From: a virus
Lineage: Duplodnaviria > Caudoviricetes
Direction: 5' to 3' (one strand)
DNA: 56,311 nucleotides
Virus record (IMG/VR): IMGVR_UViG_3300036833_000194
Location: 1 to 56,311 of that record
How positions within the stretch are numbered: the stretch's first letter is position 1; each line of letters begins with the position of its first letter. Below the pieces are notes generated by a model that saw only the letters and a list, made by a program, of their open reading frames with translations, did no database searches and was not told the origin of the DNA. Below are positions 17,535-27,257 of the stretch, in pieces. The translations under genes and the position numbers were made by a program.

Positions 17535-17566
17535 CCCGCCTCGGCTTCGGCCGGGGCGGGTTTTTT
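17535..17566 (+). terminator. Rho-independent terminator (antisense to the surrounding genes)
   Basis: cccgcctcggc-TTCG-gccggggcggg-TTTTTT. Confidence 0.85.
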
Positions 17567-17665
17567 GTGCCCGCGCGAGAAGCTCGTAGGGCAGCACGTT
17601 GATGAGGTAGCAGCCGATGCAGTCCAATACACAGACCCCAACGTCGTGCAAGATGACCATGACCA

Positions 17666-17959
17666 TCAGTCGTCAACCAATCTGTAGATCGTCAGGAAGA
17701 TAATCGGCGCCACCGTGTAGAAGATAGCGCCCTCGATCGGCACAGGGCCGAGCCAAATTCCAGTGACGGCCGACGATGGAAGATATTGCCAGTAACCGAG
17801 CAGCACACCGCCGGCGTCCCACACATAGCCGAGAGATAGCCACAGAGCCATAATCATCCATGGCTTAGATCTGGATGAGAACAATGTCACGCCTCGGTAG
17901 CGCAGAAGCGCAATCGATCCCGCCAGTAAGCCGAAAGAAAATGCGACGTGCAACATCAC
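17666..17959 (-). CDS. Lycopene cyclase domain membrane protein (CrtYc/Yd-like)
   Basis: Three TM segments; VWD.GG...GYWQY.....TGIWLGPVPIEG.IFY. Confidence 0.75.
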   Translation of the reverse strand: MMLHVAFSFGLLAGSIALLRYRGVTLFSSRSKPWMIMALWLSLGYVWDAGGVLLGYWQYLPSSAVTGIWLGPVPIEGAIFYTVAPIIFLTIYRLVDD

Positions 17960-18247
17960 CTACCTCCATATGTGATACAGGACTAGGAAGGCGTACGGCC
18001 CGATGGTGTAGAACGTGGTCCCTTCGATCGGGATGATCCACAGCTTGATGCCGGTCCGGTTGTCGCTGGGGTAGTAGTGCCAATAATCGTTGTGGACGCC
18101 GATGCAATCCCAGACGAAGCAGATCGCGAAGAATAGGGCGAAGACCCTAAGAAACCTTCCCCAGGAGTCGAACAGCTCGACGCGGTAGTACCACTGACCG
18201 GCGAGCCCACCGACCAGCAGCAGCGCAGAGAACGCTAGATGCCACAT
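17960..18247 (-). CDS. Lycopene cyclase domain membrane protein (CrtYc/Yd-like)
   Basis: VWD.IGV....WHY.....TGIKLWIIPIEG.TFY. Confidence 0.75.
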   Translation of the reverse strand: MWHLAFSALLLVGGLAGQWYYRVELFDSWGRFLRVFALFFAICFVWDCIGVHNDYWHYYPSDNRTGIKLWIIPIEGTTFYTIGPYAFLVLYHIWR

Positions 18248-18251
18248 GTCA

Positions 18252-18854
18252 TCACTCTTTCTGCGCCTCGATCACGAGATGATCAATGTCCAGGCCGCGG
18301 TCGGTGTGCCGGTAAGACTCGACGGTTTTGCATCCCCGGAACGGCAAGGGTTCGTTCAGCACGATAGGGCGCGTCGGCATGTCGCCAAAGGCTCCGAGAG
18401 AATGATTATCGGTAGCCATCATCGAGAACAACCAGCCGCCTGACTTGAGTACGCGATAGGCCTCGTTGATGGCCTTCTCCTGGCCGTCAACGACGTGCTG
18501 GAGCGTGCAGACGTCGACCACCGCGTCGAACAGGCCGTCATGGAACGGCAAGCCGCGGGCGTCGGCCGCATGGAACGTCACGGACGTGTAGGGCGCCCAG
18601 CGGGTGACCCACTTCTCGGCCCGCGCCACGGCGGCTGCGGATGAGTCGACGGCATCGACGACGAAGCCATGCATCGCCAACCACAGCGTTTGGGCGCCGG
18701 CACCGCAGCCGAGGTCAAGCACCCATTTGGGCGACGTCGTTGCGCCGAACCGCCGCATCATGAACCGAGCCATGGCGGGCTCCGGACAGGTGCCCCATTG
18801 GCGCTCGCGGTGGATCTTCTCCCATACTTCGATCTCATCAATCTCGCCGATCAT
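18252..18854 (-). CDS. Class I SAM-dependent methyltransferase
   Basis: VLDLGCGAG, D.S..A, LPF.D..FD.V.D, RVLK.GG. Confidence 0.9.
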   Translation of the reverse strand: MIGEIDEIEVWEKIHRERQWGTCPEPAMARFMMRRFGATTSPKWVLDLGCGAGAQTLWLAMHGFVVDAVDSSAAAVARAEKWVTRWAPYTSVTFHAADARGLPFHDGLFDAVVDVCTLQHVVDGQEKAINEAYRVLKSGGWLFSMMATDNHSLGAFGDMPTRPIVLNEPLPFRGCKTVESYRHTDRGLDIDHLVIEAQKE

Positions 18855-18939
18855 GTTCCCCTCTTTGGATTGGTGCATGCATTGCGCGTTGACGGAGAGG
18901 CAGCGTTTTTTGTCATCTATTTGGATGACAAAAATTCCC

Positions 18940-20061
18940 TCAACGATCGATCAGACATGCTTTCATCCCTCGGCAGCTCTGGAATCGCTTCCTCAGCAGC
19001 GCCTTTGGGTCTTCGATCCCGCCGATGATCTTGGCGATCCGCTCAGCGGCGTGGCCGTCGCCATAAAGATTCATGCTTGGATGCTTGGGCTTGCCGACAT
19101 CAAGGCATCGTTCAATGCACTCGATAATCTGACCGGCGACCGGTTCACAGTTGACGATCGGCGAGCATTGTGGACGACCTCGTTGCCGATCACCAATGTT
19201 GACGAACGGAAGCTTGAATAACGGCGCCTCGATGAGCCCGGCCGACGAATTCCCCACCATCACGTCGCACCAGCGCATCAGCGACAGGTAGACCTGGGCC
19301 GGCAAGTCCTCGTGATAGACTACATCCAGTTGCGTTCCGGCCAAAGACTGCCATTCGGCGCGAATCATGTCGTTTCCGGCATCCGCGTTGGGTCCGATCA
19401 GAACCATGGCCGTTCCGGCTGGCCGTGCGCGTAGGGCGGTCGCCAGTGCGTCCAATTCCGGCCCAATGTCAGACAGCGTGTTGCTGTGAAAGCTCACCAG
19501 CAGGATCCGCACGGGCGTGGCGAGACCAACCGCGGCGAACGTCTCGTCATGGCCCAGGAGCGGCGTCTGCATGACGCGGTCGATCCCAGAGTCGCCGACC
19601 ACGTGGACGCGGTCCGGCTGCTCGCCCATCTGGATGATCCGGTCGGCGGCGTCCTGGTTCGTCGGGAAGTGCAGGTGTGATAATTTTGTCACAGCGTGGC
19701 GGAAACAATCGTCCTGGCTGCCTTCTGTGATGTCACCGCCGCCGATGTGAGCGATCGGAATGCCCATGATGTTCGCGCCCATAGCGGCGCCAAGAATTTC
19801 GTAACGATCGCCATGCAAGATAACCATTTCCTTGTCTGAGAACTGTTCCGCTAGTTCAGACGCAATATGACAAGCGGCCACGGTAGCCCCCGTCACGGCA
19901 TCTTCCGGCGACAAAACTTCATATGGCCGACCATCATCACCAAGGTCTTCAGGATCAACGCTAATCCAATGGCAGCCGCCTCGCATACCGCCGAGCGCTT
20001 TGTCGACCATCTCCAGCGCCCCGCGATCCGCTCTGCTCCCGGTCACGATTGCGATCCTCAT
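18940..20061 (-). CDS. neuC: Hydrolysing NDP-sugar 2-epimerase (NeuC/LegG family)
   Basis: VTGSRAD, GDRYE, IAHIGGGD.TEG..DD.FRHA.TKLSHLHF, GNSS.G.IEAP, NIGDRQ.GR, YGDG.A. Confidence 0.93.
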   Translation of the reverse strand: MRIAIVTGSRADRGALEMVDKALGGMRGGCHWISVDPEDLGDDGRPYEVLSPEDAVTGATVAACHIASELAEQFSDKEMVILHGDRYEILGAAMGANIMGIPIAHIGGGDITEGSQDDCFRHAVTKLSHLHFPTNQDAADRIIQMGEQPDRVHVVGDSGIDRVMQTPLLGHDETFAAVGLATPVRILLVSFHSNTLSDIGPELDALATALRARPAGTAMVLIGPNADAGNDMIRAEWQSLAGTQLDVVYHEDLPAQVYLSLMRWCDVMVGNSSAGLIEAPLFKLPFVNIGDRQRGRPQCSPIVNCEPVAGQIIECIERCLDVGKPKHPSMNLYGDGHAAERIAKIIGGIEDPKALLRKRFQSCRGMKACLIDR

Positions 20062-20170
20062 TGTTTCGTCCCCTTCCCCTTCTTTCGCTTCGCCGCAGCC
20101 GCCAGCTTGCGGACGCGCCATGCCTTCTTCGACGCAGCAGAACTAGCGGCCACCGACCTGCGCTTTTGCC

Positions 20171-20356
20171 TCATCCCCTCCAAGACCGACGCCAGATCAG
20201 GTCGAGCTTGTGCTCCATCGCGAGTTTGATCCCAGCCAACATCAAAGAAAGCCCCATAGCAACGAGGCCCCCCTTGGCACCGTAGATTCCCCAGCACCCA
20301 ACAAACAGTACCAGGGCACCAACGGAGAAAAGAACGCCAGCTATTATGTGATCCAT
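20171..20356 (-). CDS. Small two-TM membrane protein
   Basis: Hydrophobic 61-aa ORF coupled to the aminotransferase stop. Confidence 0.5.
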   Translation of the reverse strand: MDHIIAGVLFSVGALVLFVGCWGIYGAKGGLVAMGLSLMLAGIKLAMEHKLDLIWRRSWRG

Positions 20357-21528
20357 CACAAAAACTTCTCCCCCAGCTTGGCGCCGCTCGGCAGGCAGAC
20401 CGTGCGTGCCCACAGATCCTCCGCGCAGCTCAGGTCGCCACCTCTCGTGCTGTCCCGATATGGCGCGAGCATGTGAAGCGGCGTGAACAGCGCTCGCGCC
20501 ATCAACCCCCTTCCGTGAAGCGCCGTCAACACCGCGTCCCGCTGCTCGCGATTCCTGGTGATGATAGGGACGAGCCAGCGGTTGCTGGTAATACCAGGAT
20601 GTTCCGCGTGAAACATTAGGTCGAAACCATCAAGTACTCGTTCATATGCCGAGGCCAACGCCCTCTTGCATCTCAAGAAATGCGGCAGCTTGGCGAGCTG
20701 AGCGCCGATGACGGCAGCGCACATGGTGGGCATTCTGAAATTCCATGCCACGGCATCATGGGCGACCTCCCACGGATGATGGACGCGGGCAGTGGTCGCT
20801 AGCCTCCTGACAAGGATGGCGAGGTCGTCGTCCTCGGTCAGAACGGCACCGCCCGTCCCGGTGACTATCTTGTTGTAATTGAAGCTGAGGATCGAAGCAT
20901 AACCATATGATCCGCACGGCCTATTTCCCTTAATTAAGGAGAATGGAGGCAAAGGAACATCCCGGACAAATGATCCAAGAGCCTCGGCCGCATCTTCAAT
21001 GAGTGGAATGCCGTGATCTGACGCGATTGCGCACAAATTTTCTATATCGCACGGTTGTCCGATGACATGCACGGCGATGACGGCCGCGAGACGCTGACGC
21101 GTTCGCCGAAGGATGGTCGGGCCTCTACGATGGTAGGTGAACGTCTCCTGTTCGATGAAACGCGAGAGATGATCAGGACATAGGCCGAAGTGCGAACGCC
21201 TTGCATCAATGAACACAGGCGTCGCACCAAGGTGGACAACCGCGTTCGCCGCGGCGACGAACGACAGCGCCGGAACGATCACCGCATCGCCGTGCCCAAC
21301 GCCGACCGCAGATAGGGCGAGTTCCAAGGCGGCCGATCCGCTCGACGTTGCCACCGCGTGGCGCACGTCGCACGCCGCCTCAAGCGCGCGCTCCAGGTCG
21401 TTGATCGGCTTGTGGTTCGCGATGTCCCTGAGGCAGGATGCGACCGCCGCTGCCTCCTCCTCACCAAGCCACGCATCGTGGTGACCGACAGGACCGCCCG
21501 TGACCTCCAAGACAGCGTCGGCGATCAT
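20356..21528 (-). CDS. PLP-dependent sugar aminotransferase (DegT/LegC family)
   Basis: SSGSAALELAL, FVAAANAV, IEDAAEALGS, SFNYNKIVT, NFRM, LPSG. Confidence 0.92.
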   Translation of the reverse strand: MIADAVLEVTGGPVGHHDAWLGEEEAAAVASCLRDIANHKPINDLERALEAACDVRHAVATSSGSAALELALSAVGVGHGDAVIVPALSFVAAANAVVHLGATPVFIDARRSHFGLCPDHLSRFIEQETFTYHRRGPTILRRTRQRLAAVIAVHVIGQPCDIENLCAIASDHGIPLIEDAAEALGSFVRDVPLPPFSLIKGNRPCGSYGYASILSFNYNKIVTGTGGAVLTEDDDLAILVRRLATTARVHHPWEVAHDAVAWNFRMPTMCAAVIGAQLAKLPHFLRCKRALASAYERVLDGFDLMFHAEHPGITSNRWLVPIITRNREQRDAVLTALHGRGLMARALFTPLHMLAPYRDSTRGGDLSCAEDLWARTVCLPSGAKLGEKFL

Positions 21529-21535
21529 ACCAGCA

Positions 21536-22216
21536 TCAAAGGGATGTGACGGCCATGACCTGACCGTTGAGCATGGCGCGGGCGGCGTCGATGTCAGCAT
21601 GGGTGTCGATGTCCAGGGATCGTTCCGGAGGCATGACGTAGCCGTAAGCGTAGGGACCGTACAAGTCGCCACCGCGTAGCAGATGCTCCATGCCAATCAG
21701 ATACACGGCGCCGTTGGGCATATAGATCGTCTCCGTCGTCCATGCGCCGTTTTCCGCCGGCCTCATCCTCGAGGCGAGGCCAAGCTTGAACAGCGCATCC
21801 TCTTTCGGGTACCTGACCAACGAGATCACCGAGTCGGCATGGTTTCTCTCGAATAGGTCGATAGTCGCCCGCACGTCGTCAGCAGTCCGGAATGGAGATG
21901 TTGGTTGCAACACAAGAACCGCATCCCAATGAGCGAAATGATGCTCCCTCACGAACCGCGTCGCGTGCAGAACAACGGACATGGATGTCGCATCGTCAGT
22001 CGCGAGCTCGCGCGGCCGGTCGATAACCTTGACACCGAGCGATCTGGACACGCCAGCGATGGTTTGCTCATCCGTTGACACGAACAGTTCGGCGCACGTC
22101 GCTAACCCAACCTCGATCGACCACGCGATCAGCGGCTTCCCGCCGAGGTCGGCGATGTTCTTGTTCGGCAGGCGCTTCGAACCACCGCGGGCCGGAATGA
22201 CACCGAGGATCCTCAT
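21536..22216 (-). CDS. neuA: Acylneuraminate cytidylyltransferase (NeuA/LegF family)
   Basis: IPARGGSKRLPNKNI, VSTD, RP.ELA.D, LQPTSPFR, NGAVY, SLDIDT..D. Confidence 0.93.
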   Translation of the reverse strand: MRILGVIPARGGSKRLPNKNIADLGGKPLIAWSIEVGLATCAELFVSTDEQTIAGVSRSLGVKVIDRPRELATDDATSMSVVLHATRFVREHHFAHWDAVLVLQPTSPFRTADDVRATIDLFERNHADSVISLVRYPKEDALFKLGLASRMRPAENGAWTTETIYMPNGAVYLIGMEHLLRGGDLYGPYAYGYVMPPERSLDIDTHADIDAARAMLNGQVMAVTSL

Positions 22217-22226
22217 GTTCGCTCCA

Positions 22227-23150
22227 TCAATGCGGCAAGTCGTTAGTGTCGAGCCTCGGCAGCTCAAAGGCTGAATGCTGGCTCAGGTCGGCCTTGCCGA
22301 TGTTGGCCGTCAGGCCATAGGCGGCGCCGCATTCTTTCACCCTCATAAGGAGGGCTTCGTCGTACATGTTCGACGGGTAGCACATTCCCCACCCCAGCGT
22401 CGGGGCGCCTATCGTCGCCAGAAGGTCGATCCCCCCCTGCACATCGACCCGACGATCTTCCTCCGACAGAGACGTCAGCCATTCGTGGCTCGTGCCGTGG
22501 TTGCCGAAATGATGGCCCATGCGGACCATCATCCGCATCTGCTCCGCCGTCATGTATAGTTCAGCGGCGAATGATCGCTCATCGCACGTCACGAAGTTGG
22601 CGAACAACTTCCCTACTAGGTCGCTCCGGTATGGCTGAGGCAGGACGGTCTGTAGCATAGTCTTCACGAACACAGTCTCAGCGTCATCGAGATAGTTCGC
22701 GGCCGCGTACTTAACCCAACACACTTCGAACACCATGTCACACCCGGACTGGTTGTCTTCGACATAGTCCCTGATCGCCGCGACGATCCTTGTCGCTGAG
22801 GCCTCGGCCAGCACAAAATGGATCTTGTGCACATCGAGCACCTTGCCGGTGAACACTGCGGCGGGCACGTAGAAGGACCCCTGCCATCCCCGTTCATGCA
22901 GACGAGGCAGCACGGTCGCATAATGATCCGCGAACCCATCGTCGAACGTGAGCCAAAGAGCCCGACCTGGAAGCTCGTACCGCGCTTGCATGGCCCAGGT
23001 CACATGCTGCGCAGACACGACATCGTAATTATTCGCGATATGATTGAGCTGTCGGTCGAACTCCTCGACCGTCCTGGCCTTGATCCTCGAGAACCGGGAT
23101 CGGGCGAGATCCCTGACATAGTGGTACATCACGATGGTGAGTTTGCTCAT
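22227..23150 (-). CDS. Polysaccharide deacetylase (NodB/CE4)
   Basis: MYHYVR, LTFDDG..DHY, GNHG..H, CYP, LPRLDTND. Confidence 0.9.
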   Translation of the reverse strand: MSKLTIVMYHYVRDLARSRFSRIKARTVEEFDRQLNHIANNYDVVSAQHVTWAMQARYELPGRALWLTFDDGFADHYATVLPRLHERGWQGSFYVPAAVFTGKVLDVHKIHFVLAEASATRIVAAIRDYVEDNQSGCDMVFEVCWVKYAAANYLDDAETVFVKTMLQTVLPQPYRSDLVGKLFANFVTCDERSFAAELYMTAEQMRMMVRMGHHFGNHGTSHEWLTSLSEEDRRVDVQGGIDLLATIGAPTLGWGMCYPSNMYDEALLMRVKECGAAYGLTANIGKADLSQHSAFELPRLDTNDLPH

Positions 23151-24184
23151 GCCGCAGCCTCCTTCTGGGAGACTTGGTTCGGACGATCCTGGTCGCTGTC
23201 GCCCTTGAATATTCGATAGGAGGGACCGACCGGAACGCTGGTCATCACGTCGATCTCGACGTTAGTCCGAGAAAAAGGTTCGAAGTAGTTAGGCACGATG
23301 GCCCCGAGCGATTTGGGCTCGCGCCTCATGAACCCGGCCCGGTACAAAACGCCCCAGCTGAGGCCAGCCGAATAGAGGTCGACGTATTCGGCGTCGGTCA
23401 CCCCTAGCCATCGATCCCAGGACACCCCGATGAACGATTCTGCTGGCCCGAGGACATCCACGATCCGCAGAGCGCGCGCGCCAGCATGCTCGCATTGTCT
23501 GACGACGAGCAGCCCGATGGTGCGCGCGCCGTCCCTGATCCGCATGGGCCAATAGTCATATGATGGATGACGAAAGTACCTGTTGTCATAATAGCGCGGA
23601 CTCTTGCGCGGCTCGCCCATCCAGTTCGCGGCGGCCATCACAAACTTCTCGGCGTCGATCTTCTCGATGGTGCGGGTCGGGGTCGGCCGCGACGGCAGCG
23701 CGTCCCTCTGGTCGCGAGTCATGTCGAGAAGCGAAAAATCCCTCTTGTTCGGATTGACGACGTAGTGATGCGCGAGGCGCCCGAGTACATATCCTGCCGA
23801 CCGGTAACGATGCGCCGCGCTATCGCTTATCGCGTTGGCGCCGATGATCTTCGGCTGGATCATCTCGATCAGGTGGTCGAGCAGAGATTTCCCGAGCCTC
23901 AGCCCGGCGAACGCATCGGTCACCCTCCAGATTGCGAGCCACACGAGGCGCCCCAACTCGATGTCCGGGTCGAACTGGCAAAGCGGGATGAACCCAAGGA
24001 TCGCCTGGATTTCGCCAGCATCGTCGGTCGCCGTGATGAAGTTGTAACGGCCGCGGCGCTGGTCGAAGTATTGCCAATCGAACAGAACGCGGTCGATGGC
24101 CAGGACATGCCCTTTGCGCCAATGACTGTCGATGAAACCCATCAACGCGGGCCCTTGATCGGCCGACGCGAAATCTATCTTCAT
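23147..24184 (-). CDS. GNAT-like hypothetical protein of glycan loci
   Basis: FI..HW..GHVL......FDWQY, WLAIW, PNYFEPF...N, FKGDSDQDRPN. Confidence 0.65.
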   Translation of the reverse strand: MKIDFASADQGPALMGFIDSHWRKGHVLAIDRVLFDWQYFDQRRGRYNFITATDDAGEIQAILGFIPLCQFDPDIELGRLVWLAIWRVTDAFAGLRLGKSLLDHLIEMIQPKIIGANAISDSAAHRYRSAGYVLGRLAHHYVVNPNKRDFSLLDMTRDQRDALPSRPTPTRTIEKIDAEKFVMAAANWMGEPRKSPRYYDNRYFRHPSYDYWPMRIRDGARTIGLLVVRQCEHAGARALRIVDVLGPAESFIGVSWDRWLGVTDAEYVDLYSAGLSWGVLYRAGFMRREPKSLGAIVPNYFEPFSRTNVEIDVMTSVPVGPSYRIFKGDSDQDRPNQVSQKEAAA

Positions 24185-24492
24185 GAATGGCTTCCCTTTA
24201 GCGCTGAAATTTCTGCCTGCAATTCTCGGTTCCGTTTGATGTAACGGACAACACTTTTGCGCGCCGCGTCGCTGCCTAGCCATTTGCGGCGCATCTCAAC
24301 TATCTCCCAATTCTGGCGATTGGCTAAACGCTGATTATGGATGCGGCGATCAAGGCAGAGGCGTTCCGCCATCATGCGCTCGATCTTGTCCGCGCTCGCG
24401 CGCAGATCCTGGTTGACGAAGTCGCCAGACGGAACGTCGAGCACGTCAGCCCATTTCCGGAGCAGCCTCACCAATTCCGCCGCGTGGCTCAC
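24181..24492 (-). CDS. Hypothetical phage protein
   Basis: GTG start overlaps the neuB stop; GGAGGAG RBS. Confidence 0.55.
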   Translation of the reverse strand: MSHAAELVRLLRKWADVLDVPSGDFVNQDLRASADKIERMMAERLCLDRRIHNQRLANRQNWEIVEMRRKWLGSDAARKSVVRYIKRNRELQAEISALKGSHS

Positions 24493-25337
24493 GCAATCTC
24501 CTCCGTCGGCTGCCTGCCGTCCGCGCTTTTGCGCAGCAGCGGGATCTTGGCTGCCTCTTCCGGGCTGGGCGCCTTGACACCGTCGCCGAGCGCAAGCTCC
24601 GCCTCGCGAATGGCTCTGACCATCGCACCGAACTGCTGGGGATCGAGCGAACACTCGTAATCAATGCCCTGGTCGGGGGGGGGGAGCGACAGATGCTTCT
24701 CGATCACGGTCGCGCCGAGCGCCACCGCTGCGCACGGGATCGCGGCAACGCTGGTCGTGTGGTCGGACCAGCCGACGCTGAGGCCGGTCTCCTTGGCCAT
24801 AGTTTGGATGGCCGTCAGGTTCGCCAGATGCGCTGGACACGGATAGAGCGATACGCAATGCATCAACGCGGATTCATCGCTGATGGCGGGATACATTCCC
24901 ACTTGCGGAAACCATGACAGAACACGCCAAATATCGTCCATCGTCGCCATGCCAGTACTGAGGAGGACCGGCAATCCTGGTTTCACCGCGGCCGAGATCA
25001 GCGGCCGGTGGAGCAGCGATCCGCTTCCAATCTTAATACGGCGAACCCCGCATTCATGAACGAGGAACCACAGCGATTCCACGTCGTCGGGCGTCGAGCA
25101 GAACTCGATGCCGACCTCCTCGCAATGGTGGGCAATCTTGCGGAATTCCCCGAAGCTGAGCGCGAGTTGCGCAAGCATGTCATAGCGCGGACCGCGGTGC
25201 AGACACTCCTCCGGCAAAAATGTTTGGAACTTGACGACGTCGGCGCCGGCCTTCTTTGCCTCGTCGCAGAGCCTCAACGCATTGTCGAGAACGCCGCAAT
25301 GGGCCACACCTGCTTCTGCGATGATGAGCACGCTCAT
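24489..25337 (-). CDS. neuB: Nonulosonic acid synthase (NeuB/LegI family), lacking the C-terminal SAF domain
   Basis: IIAEAGVAH.G, ADVVKFQ, KIGSG, LSTGMAT, MHCVS.YP, G.SDHT, IEKH; 282 aa. Confidence 0.93.
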   Translation of the reverse strand: MSVLIIAEAGVAHCGVLDNALRLCDEAKKAGADVVKFQTFLPEECLHRGPRYDMLAQLALSFGEFRKIAHHCEEVGIEFCSTPDDVESLWFLVHECGVRRIKIGSGSLLHRPLISAAVKPGLPVLLSTGMATMDDIWRVLSWFPQVGMYPAISDESALMHCVSLYPCPAHLANLTAIQTMAKETGLSVGWSDHTTSVAAIPCAAVALGATVIEKHLSLPPPDQGIDYECSLDPQQFGAMVRAIREAELALGDGVKAPSPEEAAKIPLLRKSADGRQPTEEIA

Positions 25338-25531
25338 ACATGATGCCTCGACTGCATCGGCGTCTTCGCCTCGCCGTGGACGAGGACCTCGGCCAGGCGC
25401 TTCATGCAACGCACGATCGCCCGTCCCTCTTCGGTCTTGAGGAGCCGCCCCTCCTCGAGCTCATCCAAGCTGAGGATGACCGCCTCCAGCTCGCCGCGCT
25501 GCTTCTTTTGCCATTTTTCCTCGTCCATCAC
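25334..25531 (-). CDS. Hypothetical protein
   Basis: AAGGAGG RBS; coupled to neuB. Confidence 0.55.
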   Translation of the reverse strand: MMDEEKWQKKQRGELEAVILSLDELEEGRLLKTEEGRAIVRCMKRLAEVLVHGEAKTPMQSRHHV

Positions 25532-25550
25532 CGCCTCCTTTAGCTTTGGT

Positions 25551-25964
25551 TCAGGGAAGTGACCGGGGTGGCGACCCGTCGACTATCGGCGTCGGTTCGC
25601 GAGCCGCCATCGCCCGCGATTGAGCGGTGTCGCGCTCGACCCTGCGGATGTCCTCGATGAGGGCGCTCAATTGGCCGTCAGTCATCTCCCAAGGTTCGCC
25701 GGCGCGCCAAAACGGATCGCCGGGACGAGGAATGTTCAGCCGGTGCTTCAGCCGCATCTTCAAGCGGATGCCCTCGTTCTTGTCGCCGAGTACGTCAACG
25801 ATGAGCGCCATGGCCAAATCCGTCGCGCCGATCGAGCCGTCGCCCCATGCGAACGGCCGTACCAAGTCCGGCGCAGCCAGAGATGCAAGCATCCGGACCA
25901 AGCCGTTTTCCTCGACGGTGACCTTCGGCGGATCGCCAGGAGTGCCGCGAAAAGTCTTTGTCAT
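25551..25964 (-). CDS. DUF6166-like phage protein
   Basis: FAWGDGSIGATDLAMALIVDVLGD. Confidence 0.6.
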   Translation of the reverse strand: MTKTFRGTPGDPPKVTVEENGLVRMLASLAAPDLVRPFAWGDGSIGATDLAMALIVDVLGDKNEGIRLKMRLKHRLNIPRPGDPFWRAGEPWEMTDGQLSALIEDIRRVERDTAQSRAMAAREPTPIVDGSPPRSLP

Positions 25965-26176
25965 TCGTCGTCACTCTCGACCATGGTCGGCCACCGCACA
26001 CTCCTCGCAAACCAATTCTGTCTTTGAAAACAGCTCCCACCATCGCCGCTTATGAACAATCGCATGCGTCGCCTTATTATTTTGATGACGGGCTAAGCAC
26101 CGCTGACAAAGCCGATAGCCATGAATAACCCCGATACGAGAACCGAACTGTAGTTGTAGGATTTCGCTCTGTCTCG

Positions 26177-27253
26177 TCATGAAGCTTCCCTCCGATACAT
26201 CGGCAGGAACGCGCTCGCGAATTCGACACCAGTCTCGGCGATCTCCTGCACGCGCTTGGCTACACACAAATCGTCATAAGCCTCTCGGTCAATGATGCGG
26301 AAGTAGGTCGTCGTCATGAGCCTGTCGTCCGAGAACCCCGCCTTGTAGAACAACACCGGATCGTCCGGCACCGACGTGACACCTCCACCGAGGTGAAAGC
26401 GCCTCATTCCTATGTCGCGCGCGTGGTTCGCCATCTCGTGCACCAGGAGATCGTTCGCCCCGTTGGAATGACCGGCGGCGCTCGCCGCGAAATGGTAGTA
26501 GGCATCACCCGACCGGCTCGTCAACAGCAGCCCGGCCGATTCCACCTCGCCACCAATCTCGGCGACGAACAATGTTCCGATGCGACAAAGATCCTTGAGA
26601 TATGCAACTGGGAAGAACCAGCGTGATCCAGCGCATTTGCGATGCATGGTCAAATCATAGAGATAGATAAAATCGTTGATCCTACGATCATCATCGGCCG
26701 TCTGCCCCGGAGTTGGCGAGACGCGGACGCCGGCGTTGAGCGCCGCCTTGATACCGGCGCGCCGACGATCACGGTAACCCTGGCCTGGCGGATGCAGCAG
26801 GTTAACCACCACCACCGGCTTGCGCTCGACGAGCTCGACCTTGGCCTTGACGAGCTTGCGCTGGCGGTCGCCCAGCATCGGGTTGAGCGCGCAGAACTCG
26901 CTGACGATGTCCTGGTCAGCGAACCATCCCATCAGCGCCTCGTGGAACCAAGCGTAGAGCTGCCACGAATGGTCTGAGGCGGGGCCGCCGTAGCCGTATA
27001 GGTTGGCAACGTCGGTGGCGTCTATTCCGCCGATTGAGATCTTGCGCAGCGCGAAAGGCTGGACGACGCGGTAGTCGTGGGCCTCGTAGACGGCGAGCAT
27101 GGGCTCAACGCCCAGGTGCACTTGCGCGGCCGCATAGCCCGCCGACAAATGGACATCCTGCCACGCGACCGGCAGTGCTGCGATGACATCGGCCCATTGC
27201 CGGAAGCCGTCGGCGTCAGCGAGTCTGATGATGCGGAAGCCGATCGCGCCCAT
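26177..27253 (-). CDS. GNAT/FemAB-like acyltransferase
   Basis: YGYGGP, YYHFAAS....GANDLL, FHLGGG, FYKAGFS. Confidence 0.85.
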   Translation of the reverse strand: MGAIGFRIIRLADADGFRQWADVIAALPVAWQDVHLSAGYAAAQVHLGVEPMLAVYEAHDYRVVQPFALRKISIGGIDATDVANLYGYGGPASDHSWQLYAWFHEALMGWFADQDIVSEFCALNPMLGDRQRKLVKAKVELVERKPVVVVNLLHPPGQGYRDRRRAGIKAALNAGVRVSPTPGQTADDDRRINDFIYLYDLTMHRKCAGSRWFFPVAYLKDLCRIGTLFVAEIGGEVESAGLLLTSRSGDAYYHFAASAAGHSNGANDLLVHEMANHARDIGMRRFHLGGGVTSVPDDPVLFYKAGFSDDRLMTTTYFRIIDREAYDDLCVAKRVQEIAETGVEFASAFLPMYRREAS

Positions 27254-27257
27254 CGCA

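Noticed and set aside
18252-27253. Host chromosomal LPS locus (prophage boundary)
   Set aside because: Genes are interleaved and coupled with phage ORFs, flanked by phage genes on both sides, and lack wzx/wzy or transporter genes.
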